A DNA stretch of 63,532 nt, the filler included, from Intoshia linei (Eukaryota > Animalia > Orthonectida): the NCBI GenBank assembly GCA_001642005.1. It is 4 parts of 4 records of this genome, joined end to end, with 100 filler letters (N's around TTAATTAATTAA, not from the genome) between each part and the next. Parts side by side here need not be neighbours in the genome. Positions count along the whole stretch, not along the records: positions 37,691 to 53,286 come from LWCA01000905.1; 3 more parts are not named here. One strand, written 5' to 3'. Numbering within the stretch: the first letter of the stretch is position 1; every line of letters starts with the position of its first letter. The notes beneath the pieces were generated by a model, which had not been told where the DNA came from, ran no database searches, and saw only the letters and a list, made by a program, of their open reading frames with translations. Positions 38,478-52,276 of this stretch are shown here, piece after piece. Both the position numbers and the translations under genes were made by a program.

Positions 38478-41400
38478 ACAATTACAATCGAGATGAAATG
38501 AACAAAATGCGGTCTCGTTTCGATGTAGACCAGATAAATGAAGATCAATTTGTACATATATGTTCTGAATATATCAATAAATCTGAAGAAAAACAGTTTT
38601 TAGACACATTTTGCAGGTACTTCCGAGAAGGTTACGCTGAAACTGTTGAAGAAAGAGAAGAAAAACTTAAAAATGTTCATTATTTATTATTAAAATATTT
38701 TTTATTTTTTAGATTTATATTCAACAAGTATTGGAAAGCCAGAAAATAATTTCCAATGATTTATTTCAATATATTGATAATGACGGTTCAGGGAACATTG
38801 AAAGTAATTTGATATTCAAATTAATGTATAATTACAAGGATGGATCCGAAATTGAAGCCATTCATAAAGGTTATTTAAATATTTTCAATATATAAACTAA
38901 TCATTTTAAGATTCAATCCCTTATATAATGTCACTTTCAAAAATAAAAATTTCAAGTTTCTTGTTCAGTCGACGCCCTAAAAATGACCACATTTAGGATT
39001 TTTAAGTTTTTAACTATTTTCTTATCACCCACTAAAATATTAGAATCGTTCAATTAGGGTCAAACGTTTTTAGATGAAGTATGTTAACTTTGTTTTAAAT
39101 ATATTTCACAAACATTTTAGCACAAGAACATTTCGATGAAGTTGAAAATGTAAGCAGTGTAATAACAAAGGTCAATATAGATAAATGTCAATTTTTACGT
39201 TTATTGCAAGAACTTGCAAATATTTTATCTAATTTTTCAAATGAATTTGAAAGTATATGCGAATTTATCAAAAGTTCCATTAAGGTAAATATAAAAACCA
39301 ATTGATTCCATATTATTACTGTATTTTGAATAATACTAATAATAATGACCAAAAAGTAGATTACGATTAAAGTATTTACTTTAAGAGTGAATTTAAATGG
39401 GATGAAATTTTGCTTTTTCGGGATTCGCTTAAAAAATTCTACATATCCTATAAATGATTTGTCACAAAAGGTTTTTCTAATTATTTTTTAAATTATATTT
39501 CTCCGGGTCAACGACATAATTAAAGGGTTCCATCTCGATTGAGGTCAGATCATAATGGTTTTTTTATAAGTAAAGTTTGTTTTACATTTTAATAAAATTA
39601 GATTGATTATCAAGATGAAATACGTGGTGAAATGAGGAAAAAATGGATTAATAATCTAGATACTATATCAAAGGAATGGAGGGTCGATGCGTTGAATGAT
39701 ATGTTCAATAGTGTTTTTCAAATTATATTAAATGTAAATTTATATTATATACTAGCTTGACTGATATGTACTTCGTACAAACAATATTCTAGTTCTGCCT
39801 AGGGCGAATTTTCTTAATTCTACCAACAAATAAATCCTAACTTATATGAAGTAGAATGGTTTTTAAATTCATAAGTATTATCATTAATGGTAACCTCAAA
39901 AAAGGTAATTTTCACGGTCAAAAACTGATATTATCTTTTTTTAAAATGAAAACAGCGCTAGAATTTTAACAAAATTGTAAATGATACAGTTATATCCAGT
40001 TAACACACACAAAAAATTTCATGGTCAAAAAAATACTTTAATATTTTATTTCGAAACTATTTTATTTGAAAAAACAACCACAAATTTAAAATAATTAACG
40101 GTCGTATAAAAAAATTATATTTTCAGGTCCAAAATTACCCAAAATTACCCTTCTTTTTTTAATGGAAACAGCCATAAAATGTAAAAAAATTTACATGTGG
40201 TACATTTGTATCCTGTTAACACACAAAAAATTTCAATCCAAATAAGTGATGACTTCACGGTCAAAAAAGCATTTTAGAATTAATATATTTTCTTCCGAAA
40301 TATTTTATTAAAACAAAAAATGTGAAATAATTAAGGGTCAAAAAATTAAAAAAAAACATTATTCTGATACAGCTTATTCCAGTTGGTATTGTATAAATAC
40401 AAAATTGAAACCCCAGAAATCTACGCATTCCCGATGAAAAATAATTTTTAATATATTATCAACCAATATTTTTGAAATATTTTTATTAAAATAGAAATTG
40501 AAAATTTAAATATTCATCCTACAATTTCAAATAAATATGTGCGTTGAACATCTACAATTTTCCAATAAAGAAATATGGGTAGAAATCTATTATTTTTAAT
40601 AGATTTCTAGAACTCTTTTCATTTTAAAAAAAATAATAATAATGTAAGGTGTTGGCTGTCAAAATGCAAGTTTTTGAGATCGCGATTTATGGTAATGCTT
40701 GTGATTAAAACAATATCCCAGATTTTTGTGTAATATAAATTCTAGGATTTTTTAATTTATAAACCAAGGGTCATTTGGGTTTTTAACCCTGAAGGACTCA
40801 ATTTTTGAGCATGAAAGGTGCACTTATTGAAATTACTTTCGAAGAAAATTACTACTAATCAATACTTTTAATTTCGATTTTTTAAAGTATTTTTTTAATT
40901 TAGGAGATTATAATTTTTCTGTATATTTAAAAAAAATAGTATAAATTACCTAATAGGATGGAGAAATCCACGGCAATGAAAAAACACTAAGCGCTTTCGT
41001 GTCAATGTTAGAATTTAATAATATGGATGAAGTTTCTGAGAAAGGTAACTATTCACTGGTCTATGTGGCTGCCACTATGTTGGATGCTCCATTGGTACTT
41101 GGAAAGAGAATACACGAAAAGCAAACTTCTTTGAGGTAATGAGTTTATTATCACTTACTTATATAGTCAGTTTCGATTGCTTAAAAACCAACTCGCCTAT
41201 CCATGTACCTAATGTGAAAAGTCATGGAAAAGTAAAAATATGGGAAAAATCAGTAACATTTCAATATATACGCTACAACTCTAACTTTTTTAGACGAGAG
41301 ATGGATCATTTATAGTTATGCCTCTAAAAGATTCCCATGACCGTTCCTATGGAATCTTTGGAATAGACACCTTACGCAGTGGAACAAAAAAAAAACCACA

Positions 41401-42962
41401 ATATTTTTCAATTCATGAAATACTATTTTACGAGGTTTATAAGGAAATAATTATATAAATAAAATTAGGGGTTGACCAAAAAATTTTGTCAAATATACGA
41501 TTACATAAACAATCGAAACGCAATAATCAAACTTTGTGGAATATCATTGGATTGGTTATACATGCAAAATTTAGGGTTAGACCAAGTGTCTCTTTATTTT
41601 GTAGAAACTGTAAATGACAATAAAGTTAAAAATGATTATAAATTAATACGGGTATTTAATTATAAAAAAGAAATAACAGAAAGATATTTTAATTATTCTT
41701 ATTCTCTTGATGATGAAGCTTTAAATAAACAGGTCCTTGAAAGCGAAAATTATATATTTTACAACAACTTATTTGATTGCGTCAATAATGCTCAATCCGT
41801 AGAGTATGTTCAATGTGGTAAAATGAAATGGACCATTCCTATTCGAGATCAAAATTTTTATCCAATGTTTGTTATGGATATTACTATCAATCCTATCAGC
41901 GAATATGAACCAAATGATAGTGTAAATGAAAACATCCGAGCAGATGTATTAAACCCTGCTATTCAAAAATTTGATATAATAAATACAATTTCTCTTGTCC
42001 AGTTCATTGCGTATGATATCTTGGAAAAAAATATTCACAAGAATAATTTAACGAATAGTAATTAGCTCATATTCATCGGTAAAAATTTTTTAGGCGATGT
42101 AGGACAAAATATTGACATGTCTTTTTACGAAATAATGTACCTTGAAATACAGAAAACTGTCCAACCAATTTTTGAAAATTTTTTAATGAGAATTAGTGGT
42201 GAGGTGCAAGGGGTTATTCAGGAAAATAAAATGAAAATTCAACAAGAATTGGAAAACTCAATAATTAAAGTCAATAAAGAATTGGAACAAAAATTAAAGA
42301 TTGATTTGGGAGACGCTTCCAGCAGAAAAAGTATTTACAGTGAAAATGAGTCTTATGTTACTTCGAAAGCTAGCGATGCAACTAAATCGGTTTCAATGTC
42401 AAAGAGATCGTCAAAAGTAGATATAGCTCCAGTCAAAATAGAATTGGAAAAACAAATCATGAATGGTATACAAATAAAAACAAAATAAATATTTTTTACT
42501 TTTTTTAGAAAATAAACCCACAATCTTAAACTATGGAGAAATATTGGACCAATTAGACTACGATATAGTGAAACGTATCGATACAGTATTTTATACTTTA
42601 AAAGACGACGAATACGTTGACCGAGTAATTACAACAATAAATTGTATATTTAATATATTAGTTCAAAAAGGACTGCATTTCAACAAGAATGAGTAAACAA
42701 TCACCGATAAACCGAATAGAAGGAGATTTATTCAATAAAAATTTAAATCTAATTGAAATTGATAAAAATTTACAAGGTAAAGGTTGATTAACTGACTTTT
42801 CAATTTAAACATTTAGAAACAATTCAAAAACTACAATCAAAATTGACGATAGAACAAAAAACTATTTACAATTGGATAATATTATACTTGGCTCTAATGT
42901 CCTGTTCGATAGATATAAACAACAAAAATTTTGTGAGATATGATAAAAAGAAAAATAAATAA
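38478..42962 (+). CDS. EFCAB5: EF-hand calcium-binding domain protein 5 (EF-hand plus GAF-like region), 5'-partial
   Basis: Spliced motifs resembling EFCAB5: GYAETVEE, EF-hand DNDGSGNIE, DGEIHGNEKTLSAFVSMLE, YVAATMLDAPLVL, PIHVPNVKSHGKVKIW, GSFIVMPLKD...GIFGIDTL, IFSIHEILFYEG and IYNWIILYLALM. Stop at 42960-42962. Confidence 0.85.
39752..40810. mobile_element. Helitron-derived composite repeat in an EFCAB5 intron
   Basis: A minus-strand 3' end (CTAGCTTGACTGATATGTACTTCGTACAAACA) is followed by plus-strand family A blocks beginning TCCTAACTTATAT. Confidence 0.6.
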
Positions 42963-43099
42963 TATACTCATTAATAAAACAAAAATTACAAATAATATTA
43001 AATTTAATCATGCTAAACTATGATAAACATTGCATTAATTACATTAATTTAACAGATAAAAAGAGATTCGTTAAAATTCTTAAAATGAACCATAAATAA

Positions 43100-46000
43100 T
43101 TATAAATCCATACTTACAGTTTTTGTCATGGAAAAATCACCACAATTGACGGTAAAACACAGGATACATCCAACTTCGACATGTAGATTGATATTAATTT
43201 TTTTAGGAAAATTTACTTGGTCGTTTTTCTGAGGAATTTCAATGGTGACAGAATTTGTATCTTTATTCGATCCTGAAATGTCAACCTGATGTAATGTTAC
43301 AATTGTAGGCTTGTCTGAAACTGATCGCTTAAGTTTAAGTTTACTATTCAGTTTGATATTGAAATGACTAGGTTTATCACTGTTTTTAATATTTGATTCA
43401 ATTGAGTAATTATAATTGGCTAGTTTATACTGGAGTGCCCAATTACTATTAATTTTATATAAGGCACCTAAAATTAAATTAAATAAATATACAACTAAAA
43501 ATACCTTTAACAACACTCATAGCTGAACCTGGCATAAGGTGAACAGTGCAGTTTTGACCAATATTTTCCTTAACGCTTTCGACTAATAATTGACAATTTG
43601 AAAATGAACCGACTAGAAAAACGTATTTTACATTTTTGTACATTGGAGTGTTCATTTTATTGCTGATAAATTCATTTAAAGCAGTAAATTGAAATTTGAA
43701 GAATGAAATCATTTTTTTGTTGGAAAATCTCAAAATTCCGTTTATAAATGAAACTCCATCAACTTCACTTTTATCAATACACACTTCAATTTTCTTATTC
43801 TAAATTAAATTATATACATAAAAAATAAAAAATCCTACCATTATACGCTGCAAGTCATCAATAAAACTAAATGGTATAATAATGTCCGAGTGTGACTGTT
43901 TTCTACTAAACACTGCACATTTGCGAGAATAAAACGAATTCAAAATTTGGTTAAAATTAGTGGGATGACGATTACGATAATCTTCTATAAACTTTGTCGT
44001 AAACAACTTGTTGAGAACATTAATAAACCTTTTATCAACATCTACTGATTTTGCATTGAAACTGCAACTTTTGTCTACACACTGATAACTTCCATCTGAA
44101 TGTTTATATAAAAAAACTGAAGCTCCAGATAAACCACAATCTATTACTGATATAGATTCGTGAAGATTAAAAAAAGTATCCGTATTAACGAAATCGTCGT
44201 AAAAGCTGTCGTTTCCATTTTTGTCAATTACACACAAAGAATCGGAACTAAATTCTCGATTAATTAAAGGTTTGCTCAAATTTAAGGAATCATGCTCCTT
44301 GGTTAAATTATCAATGGTAAAACATTTCAAATAAGGCAAATACGTTTCAGATTCATCAATTACGTTAATATTGCAAGCGTTTTCTAAACCTTTAACAATG
44401 TCATGAACAATTTTGTTCCACCTTTCTGAGACCGAAACAGTCCAATACACGGTATCGAATTTTACATCTTCAATAGTATTCAATTCTTCAAACGCGTTAT
44501 TCTTCAACTTTTGTATGTACAAAGTCAATAAGTCGCATACCAAAATTTCTTGACCGTTGGTAGATTTAATTTTGTAGTTGCTGTCAATTGGTTCCATTTC
44601 AATATCGGAAAAATTGAGACGGTTAAATAAAAGCCAATGGCATTGTTCCGAATCATCCAATTCGTTGTAGAAACTTCTGGCTATTTTACCAACAGAGTGA
44701 ACACTGTGCTGTTTATCCAATAGAATGCAACTTATCGATCTCAGCTCGTAAATACCGACATCTGCGACGTCACGGTTTTTCATAATATGAATCGGTAACA
44801 TTTCACCCTTTTTAACAAATCCATATGAATAACATATATACCCAGTTGATAAAGAAATCGACACTGTCACACGATCTTTTATATTTTCGTCAAGTTTGCT
44901 TTTTCTAAAACTTTTTCGTAGTCTACTCAAATTTTTAGATACCGTCGAATTTGACTTTTTTATAATTACGTTGTCAGACTCTTGAGATTTACTGCTTCTA
45001 TGAAAAACTGATGCCCATCTCTTTTTTTTAGGTTTTATCTCATTTTCCTCAAACACTTCATCTTTCAAGTCATTTTCATTTTCGTCAGATTTATCTATGG
45101 AAGTAGTGACTCTTCTTTCTTTTTTGTCTACCTTTTCAATTTTAACGTCAACAGCATTTGAGTCTGATTTTGTTTTCTTCTTATGCAAACTTCTTAGGCT
45201 TCTAAAAGTAGTGGACAGTCGATTAAAAGGCTTTTTGTTATCCTTCAATTCTTCTAAACTAGAAAGATTTTCCAAATCATTATTTTGAAGTTCAGACTCA
45301 CTTTGTATTTTTTTATTACTATCATCAGATTTTGCTGATTTCAATGAAAAAAGTTTTCTAAATCTATTTTTAGGTGACATTTTACGATCTTCAGTTTTAT
45401 CTATAACTTGTTCCTGTTTTTCAATATCAAGTTCAACATCTGTTTTTACTTTTTCAACTTCAATTACAGATGGTTCCTTTTCCACATTTCCATTTTGACC
45501 TATACCAAAAACATTATACCATTTACGTTTCTCGTTTTTAATTGGTTTCACGTTTTCATCTTCAATTGATATATCTTCAGCTTCAATGGTTTTATCGTCT
45601 TTTTTCTTCTCAAAAGCCATACCCAAATTCCACCACGAAAAAATGCTTCTAAATTTAGATGGTGTTGTTTCCAAATTTTGTAAATTATTAGTTGTAGTTG
45701 GTGGCTCTATAACAATTTCGCCTTTTTCAATATCTTCAATTTTGTTTTCATCGTCACATTCAATTTCGTTATCCTTTACATCAATTACAACAGCTTCTTC
45801 CTTTCCATTTAATTTTACTTTATCTGGTTTAACATCTTTACTCAAATCGTAAGAATGCCTTTTAACAAAGGGCCAACCGGAAAATAATTTTGGACTATAA
45901 GATATAATATGTCTGTCATTATTTTGATCTTTGATTTTATCTGTTTCTTCGACTTTATCAGATTCACTCTTTTTCGACAATTTAGAAAATTTTTTGGAAA

Positions 46001-48412
46001 TCTTTTGAAATACGTTGACTTTTTCATTCTTTGAGTCTTTATCTTCTGTAGATTCTACGCATTCGTTAGATTCGTTTGTTTCAGCTTCTATTTCTGGCTT
46101 CACATCGACAAGTTCTACATAACTGGGTTCTTTATCTTCAACAATTTTGTCCAAAGGAATGTGTTTACACTTCAATTCTGATTGCATTTCAGTTACTGCT
46201 ATCACATCTATTTCAGTTGTTTCTGTACCTAAAAACACAGAATAAGATAAAATTCTACTAAAACAAAAATAATTTAAAAAATAATATAGTATGAGCTGAT
46301 CAATAAAGGTGTGTAATGCTTATTAGACTCAATAGGATTGAAAGTCAATTCTATTTTCAAAGGAATAGAATAATCTTGATTGTGATAATAATCAATCAAA
46401 ATTAAATTTCTTCTAATTATATTAATTAATTTTTTACATTTTTTTGGTCAGTTGTACTAAATTTTTGATGTGAAGGAGCACACTAGCATAAGGTTAATAT
46501 TTTCTAAACTAAACAAAACAATATCTGATATAACCAAATTAATTAGCATGGTGTTAAAAAAATCTTAAAAAACTCTCCCCTTTAAAGTTTGACAACTAAA
46601 TAATCTGAAAATTCAGAAAGTGCATATTAGTTTAACAACACAATACTTAAACACTACACACATCCAAATATTTAAACAATACAAATTTTCAATTTATCTG
46701 ACTTTATAAAACTTTTAAAAGTGTCAAATATTGAAATTATTCCATATTTTGTTGAATGAAACAGTAAAATAATAATCATTAAACATTGCGAAATACATTT
46801 TTAAGATATATATATTTATATAAATATATTTTCAAAAACTATAAACAAATATAATTTAAATTCGTACCAATTTTCTATGTAAAAAAAAAGTTGAGAAATA
46901 TAAATAGTATCTACCGTAATAAAATATTCACAAAAGTAATTAAATTTTATGATTTTTAGAATCGTTTTACTCTTAATATTAAAAACTTAACAAAATTATT
47001 TTTTTACAATAGTACTTAAAAAATATTTGAGTAGAAGCATTTAAAATATTTTGACCCAGTTCGTATAAATTCATGTCGTTTTTTTATATTATATAATTTT
47101 TTTAAAAATGATGAAAAGTTTGTCTGTGAACTGTGTCTAAAATACACGATTTTTTATTGATTTTTTTAATTAATATGATTAGTTTCACATGATCTGTGTT
47201 ATATCTTAAAAGTATAACAAATGCATGGCAACTACGGAAAAGAAATGTTTCCATTTTTTTTATAAATTAAATTTAATAAAGACTTGTAGGATTATATTTC
47301 TTCTTTGAAGTTTTCAATTTCAAAACGAGATTATGTTGGAGATTAAAATTTTAATTAACAACAATGATTGATTATACAATATTAATCCCGGCATTAGATA
47401 AAAACCATATAATTTTTGAATAAACATTAAACTTTTGTATTTGAATTTTAAATATTCACACCTGAGTGAATCACGGTAACCAAATGAAATGTCAAAAAAA
47501 AGAAAAAATTGAAATTAACCGATAAATCAGATTTTAATTGATCTTTGGCATATTTCAAGAATAAAAATAATAAACATTTATCAAAATGTCATAATTTAGA
47601 AGTCGTTTGCATCTAGAAAACTATTTTATTCATGTATAAAAGTTAAAATGTAATAAAATGCGAAAATTTTACCCGACGAGTAGTAGTGATTAATGACATT
47701 GAACTAATAATGTTGAAATGTGATATATAATTTCATTTGTTAAAAGACAATTTAGAAACAAAAAATGTTAACAAGTAAAAACTAAACATTACATTCAATA
47801 CTAGGATAATGGATATTGATTATTTCAATGCGTTTAATCTTCGGCTCGTCACAATAATTATATAAGCCAATTAATATGTAAAATTACACCTTTGTTTTAA
47901 CCTATATAAAAGATTCTCATAATTATAACAAGTTTTACATTTTTAAAAATTGATTAATTATCATGTTTCAATCAAAATTTTAAACAATTAAAAGTTAATA
48001 AATTTCACGCATGATTAATTATTAAGGTTAGCATACCATCAACTCCGTTGGTTAATTCATTTTCAGTTGATTCATGATTGCCATTAGTATGAATATCTGT
48101 AGAAATATTGGTATTTCCATTGATAGTTGATTTATCACATTTGGTAATGTACGATCCGTTGGTTCTCGTTTCATGATTTCCATTAGATTCAACGTTAACT
48201 CCATTTGTTTCAATTATACGGTTTTCAACCATTTCATTATTCCCGTTAGATGTGTGGTTACCGTTAGTCTCGTATTTACCATTTTGAATTTGTTCCGTCT
48301 CTGACTTTGGTGTTTCAATTTTTTTAAATTTATTCTTTTTGGCTTGTTTATTCTCGGCTTGTTTTTGCCGTTTTTTAGTACCAGCAGGTTTATGTGATCG
48401 TACTTTAGTCAT
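43100..48412 (-). CDS. HSPA12: HSPA12-like (Hsp70-12 family) protein with long N-terminal extension, 1142 aa
   Basis: Exons 48412-48037, 46228-43839, 43799-43505 and 43467-43100 total 3429 nt with consistent phases. From R578 the protein resembles HSPA12 (IHIMK, ILLD..SVHSVGKIARSFYNELD....WLLF, YWTVSV..RW, VIDCG, FIIPFSFID, VFLVGSFSN..LL, MSVVKGAL). The exon 1 join across a 1.8-kb intron is inferred from phase. Confidence 0.8.
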
Positions 48413-48721
48413 GTGTATGCTAAATTTAAAATTATTTATACAACATTAATTTGTTACGTAAATCTGAAATATAAACTAAAAAAAAACAAAAATATGATTT
48501 GGTGCAACTTCTTGAGCGATAAATAAGATCTGTCACAATAAATAGGCGATTTGATGGTTTTATGATTTAAAATAAATCAATTTACAAGCGATAAATGTGT
48601 TTAATTTTAAAAATTGCTATTGCTAATAAATATAAAAATTACATTTTTTCTTGAAATAAAATTTGATATTTTTGACAAAAGAATTAGAAATTAATTTAAT
48701 TTTAAACTTGCGAACGAATCA

Positions 48722-49120
48722 ATGGCAATATCACGCATACAATATTTATCTGATTGTTATCTACGCGCCAAGGTTAGCTGTTGTCAAGTATTAAAATAAA
48801 TAAAGTAAAGCACAATATTGTACGCATAGCTAACCGTAGTGCCAATTCTTTTTATATACACTGGGAAACTGTTGAGTACGCTCTATGAGCCTAATTTTTA
48901 TTTGACATGTGCAATTGCAATCGTAACGGATATGTATCCGATTAACGATATAATTCAGTTAGCACTGAGAATATACGTTGTTTACATGTTTGTGTTTGAT
49001 ACTGGCCTGGCCATTTTTACCGATTATTTTAATATTTTCATAGTGCCATATGCAATGCATATTATGCATGAATCGATAACTTCATTATTTTCTTTATATC
49101 TAATGTATTCAGTCGCCTAG
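48722..49120 (+). CDS. Small putative multi-pass membrane protein (113 aa), unknown function
   Basis: Exon 48722-48772 (MAISRIQYLSDCYLRAK) and a 57-nt GT-AG intron join exon 48830-49120 in frame. The product is hydrophobic and GC is higher than in the flanks. Head-to-head with the HSPA12-like gene. Confidence 0.5.
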
Positions 49121-50106
49121 TATATTCCAGTTCATCTCATTGCAATTAGAAAATCATTCATCCAATAAACATCAATACAATTATTATCTAATTTTTCATT
49201 GTAAGGGAAAAGTTTAAAAACACATCAAAATTTTATAAGAAATAAGTAACTCAATTTGAGTTGAAACTTGCAAGTTGCAACATACACCGTTTTTGACACT
49301 AATTGAATTTAATACAGTATAGTACTTTTTACGCTCCTACTACATTAGTGTATAGGTATTTAACATATTGAATTTCACTATCGATTAATCATAAATATCT
49401 TGTTTTCAGTTTATTTTTATATTGACACACATCTAATAATATATTTAAGTGAAATTATCAAATGATGAAATGTGTCGTCTAATTTCCATAAAAAAGTTTC
49501 CATTTTCTATTTCTATTTTTGAAGTATAACACTAGAAAGCATAAAAACGCTTAAAGATAAAATACATACTAAGAGAAATTTAGTATTCTCATTAATGTAC
49601 ATTAAATAGCCCCATTATTGTTGCAACAACGCAACCTTGTAGTAACTTATTACATAATTACTATTTTTTTAATAAATTCGTTGTGAAAAAAATTAATAAA
49701 TGGTGGAAATCTTAGCTAAAAACAGAAAACAACTATACTCCATACAAAGAATAATAAAATGTTTAGGTTATTGTTTAATGTTAGGTTTGTTAGGGTTTTG
49801 TTTTTTTTGAAACAAACTTTGAAGGGAAGTTTTTAAGATTTTTTTTTGAACCATATTCACTACTATGAACTCTAGTAAAAAAACTATGAGGAGAGAGATA
49901 AAAAGACTTAGAGTAGAAAGAGATATAATACTTTTTTACCCTGGTAGATCTATATTCATTCTTAATGAAGGGCTATAGTAAAAGTCGGTGTGGGTTTTTA
50001 CTATACATTATTATCAATTTTTTAAAGGAGTGGTTTCCAAACTATCAACATCCCATTCGAAAAACTGTACTAAAGATTATATTGTTTAAATATACGGTAA
50101 CACACA

Positions 50107-50760
50107 TAGTGACTGTAATTTCCCGGAAAATTAAAAATTAATTTTCCGGGAAAAGTAAATATTTTTATTTATATATAATATAGAAGCATTAAAAATTTTA
50201 AAAACTTTAATTAATTTTAGAAACAAAAAAAAATTTAATTAATGAAATAATACGAATCTATAAATGTAGATTAAAATTTACAAATTTAAATAGAAAAAAA
50301 TTTATTTATTTTAAATTGTTTCAAAACTGTTTCAAAACACACATAATATTGATAGATTCGTCTTTTAAACGCGTTCTACGTTTTGTATCGAAAATAGAAG
50401 CCGTAGAAAATTTTTTTTCTATTTGTGTTGACGTAGGTTGAACGGTTATAGTACTTCCTTTAATTTTAACAATCTTGATGATAACGTTCCAGTTCGTAAC
50501 AACTCATAATATTTTTCAAAATAATATTGGAAAAAGAAGATAATTCCCTTAAGCGTTAGTAATTTGTGATTGGAATAAGAGGTTTTTAAAAAAGTATTGA
50601 AAAAGGATATTTTTCCATAAGGGCTTGAAATGATAAATTTTAAATATTATAATTTATAATATAGTCATATTTTTATAGTAATAACAAACATAAATCAAAT
50701 ACAGGTATATCTCAATTTTTTTCGAAAAATCCCGGGAATTTTGTCCCGGCACAATCACTA
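50107..50760. mobile_element. hAT-type MITE, second copy of the 11905-12612 element
   Basis: Ends TAGTGACTGT and CACAATCACTA. The 8-bp TSD AACACACA is at 50099-50106 and 50761-50768. Internal sequence is homologous to 11905-12612. Confidence 0.85.
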
Positions 50761-51635
50761 AACACACACATATATTCAATTCTATACAATTAAACGATGT
50801 ACGGGTAAAATAATGTCGCATTATTTTTGAGAAGATTGGTGGCAATGCCCACTGGGCATACAACATTATCTTATACATCTTATTCATTACAAAATGTGAA
50901 AATTGACACAAATTTATTTTTAACTTTCAAAATTTAATAATATTATCACTCACAATTATATTTAACGTTGAATATCTGCGAACAGAGCCGAACCTAGCGT
51001 AAACAAATTCTCCGGGAGAAAGACTCGACAAAATTATGTAAAATAATGTCCTTATTTTTCGAAATGATTCATTTAAATTTTTTTAAATATCATGAGACAT
51101 GATTGTTTTATGTCAAATCCAAACCCATGAAAAGGTGCTTGGCAGAATAAACTAGCTTTAGTAGTTCATAAACAACAATCATTAGCCTGTGTAATCATTG
51201 AAACCAATAAAAGTAACGACGAGCGTCAACCAGCTCGCTAGTTATTTATATTTATTTATTTATATTGCTTTTACAGCGATAGATGAAACTTTTTATTGCA
51301 ACCAGATAAGTTGATATTTGTCCAATATTCAATAACAGTTTTTAATTAAGTTTAATCGAAATAACAACTAAAATTGTGCCGAATTGTGATTTGGACCTTG
51401 TTGCAGAAATCTAATGGCTCTAGCAGCGCTATTGTATAATATAAATTTGATTACTTTTTTTTTGGAAACACTTTTTAGGCGCTGGTTTTTATTTTCAGGG
51501 AGGGGCTAGAATATGGTATTTTTGGCTCCGTAAATGAGTTCTACATTAATTTAATTATTTAAAAACTAATTCGTTGAATTTTGAAAAACACAAATTCAAA
51601 TCTCACACCGTTTTTTAAGAAAGAAGCATCAAATT

Positions 51636-52276
51636 TCATTCTAGGAAATTTGCATTAAGAAATGTAGTATACAATTTTAATTTATTATCAAATTATTTAT
51701 TAATGACATCGAATTGCCCATAAAAATCTTGTGTTGGTACGCACATACGAATCAATCCACAGAGCCTGTCCAGATTCTAATTTTAATTGATTAAATTATA
51801 AACTTGCAATTCAAACACAATAATATATTAATATGAATTTAAAATCAATTTACAACGTCAATATTGGCAAGGTCATCCAAAAATTTAAAGAGAACATAAT
51901 TGAATGTTTCACACTAAAATATAATAAAATATTAATTTTCATATAAACCTGTTTAATCATGAAAATGAGCGGACGACACATGTCTTCAATTGTAACAATT
52001 AAAGTTAATCCCTAATCAAAATACATGCGAATTATAAAATTTTTAATTACTCTCATGAATAGCAAGGAATATTTAGCAATTTTACCCAAAAATCTACAGA
52101 AAATGCATACACCACCAGGCATAAATTTCTAAAATCGAAATGTATATTTCTAGTTGTAATTTACTGGAAAAGTCTGGTTCTCTTAAATGGTAATCAATAT
52201 TTTATTTCATTTACGAACCTGCAATGCACGAAACTGTAATCAAAAGTAACGGTAAGATTAACACATTTGCCTTCAT
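51636..52276 (-). CDS. Secreted single saposin-B-domain protein (SAPLIP), 138 aa
   Basis: Six exons: 52276-52219, 52181-52165, 52128-52051, 52011-51949, 51913-51854, 51776-51636 (introns 37, 36, 39, 35, 77 nt, all GT-AG). Signal peptide MKANVLILPLLLITVSCIA, then C33-x2-C36-x26-C63-x9-C73-x24-C98-x5-C104, the canonical saposin-B spacing. Confidence 0.85.

Noticed and set aside
45097-46261. Plus-strand ORFs overlapping the HSPA12-like exon (also 28511-28732, 29039-29317 and 35226-35459 over the dynein gene)
   Set aside because: They are antisense shadows of long coding exons.
48830-49120. Assignment to SDHD
   Set aside because: Only a TDY-like tripeptide matches. There is no conserved His or recognisable HW..ER motif.
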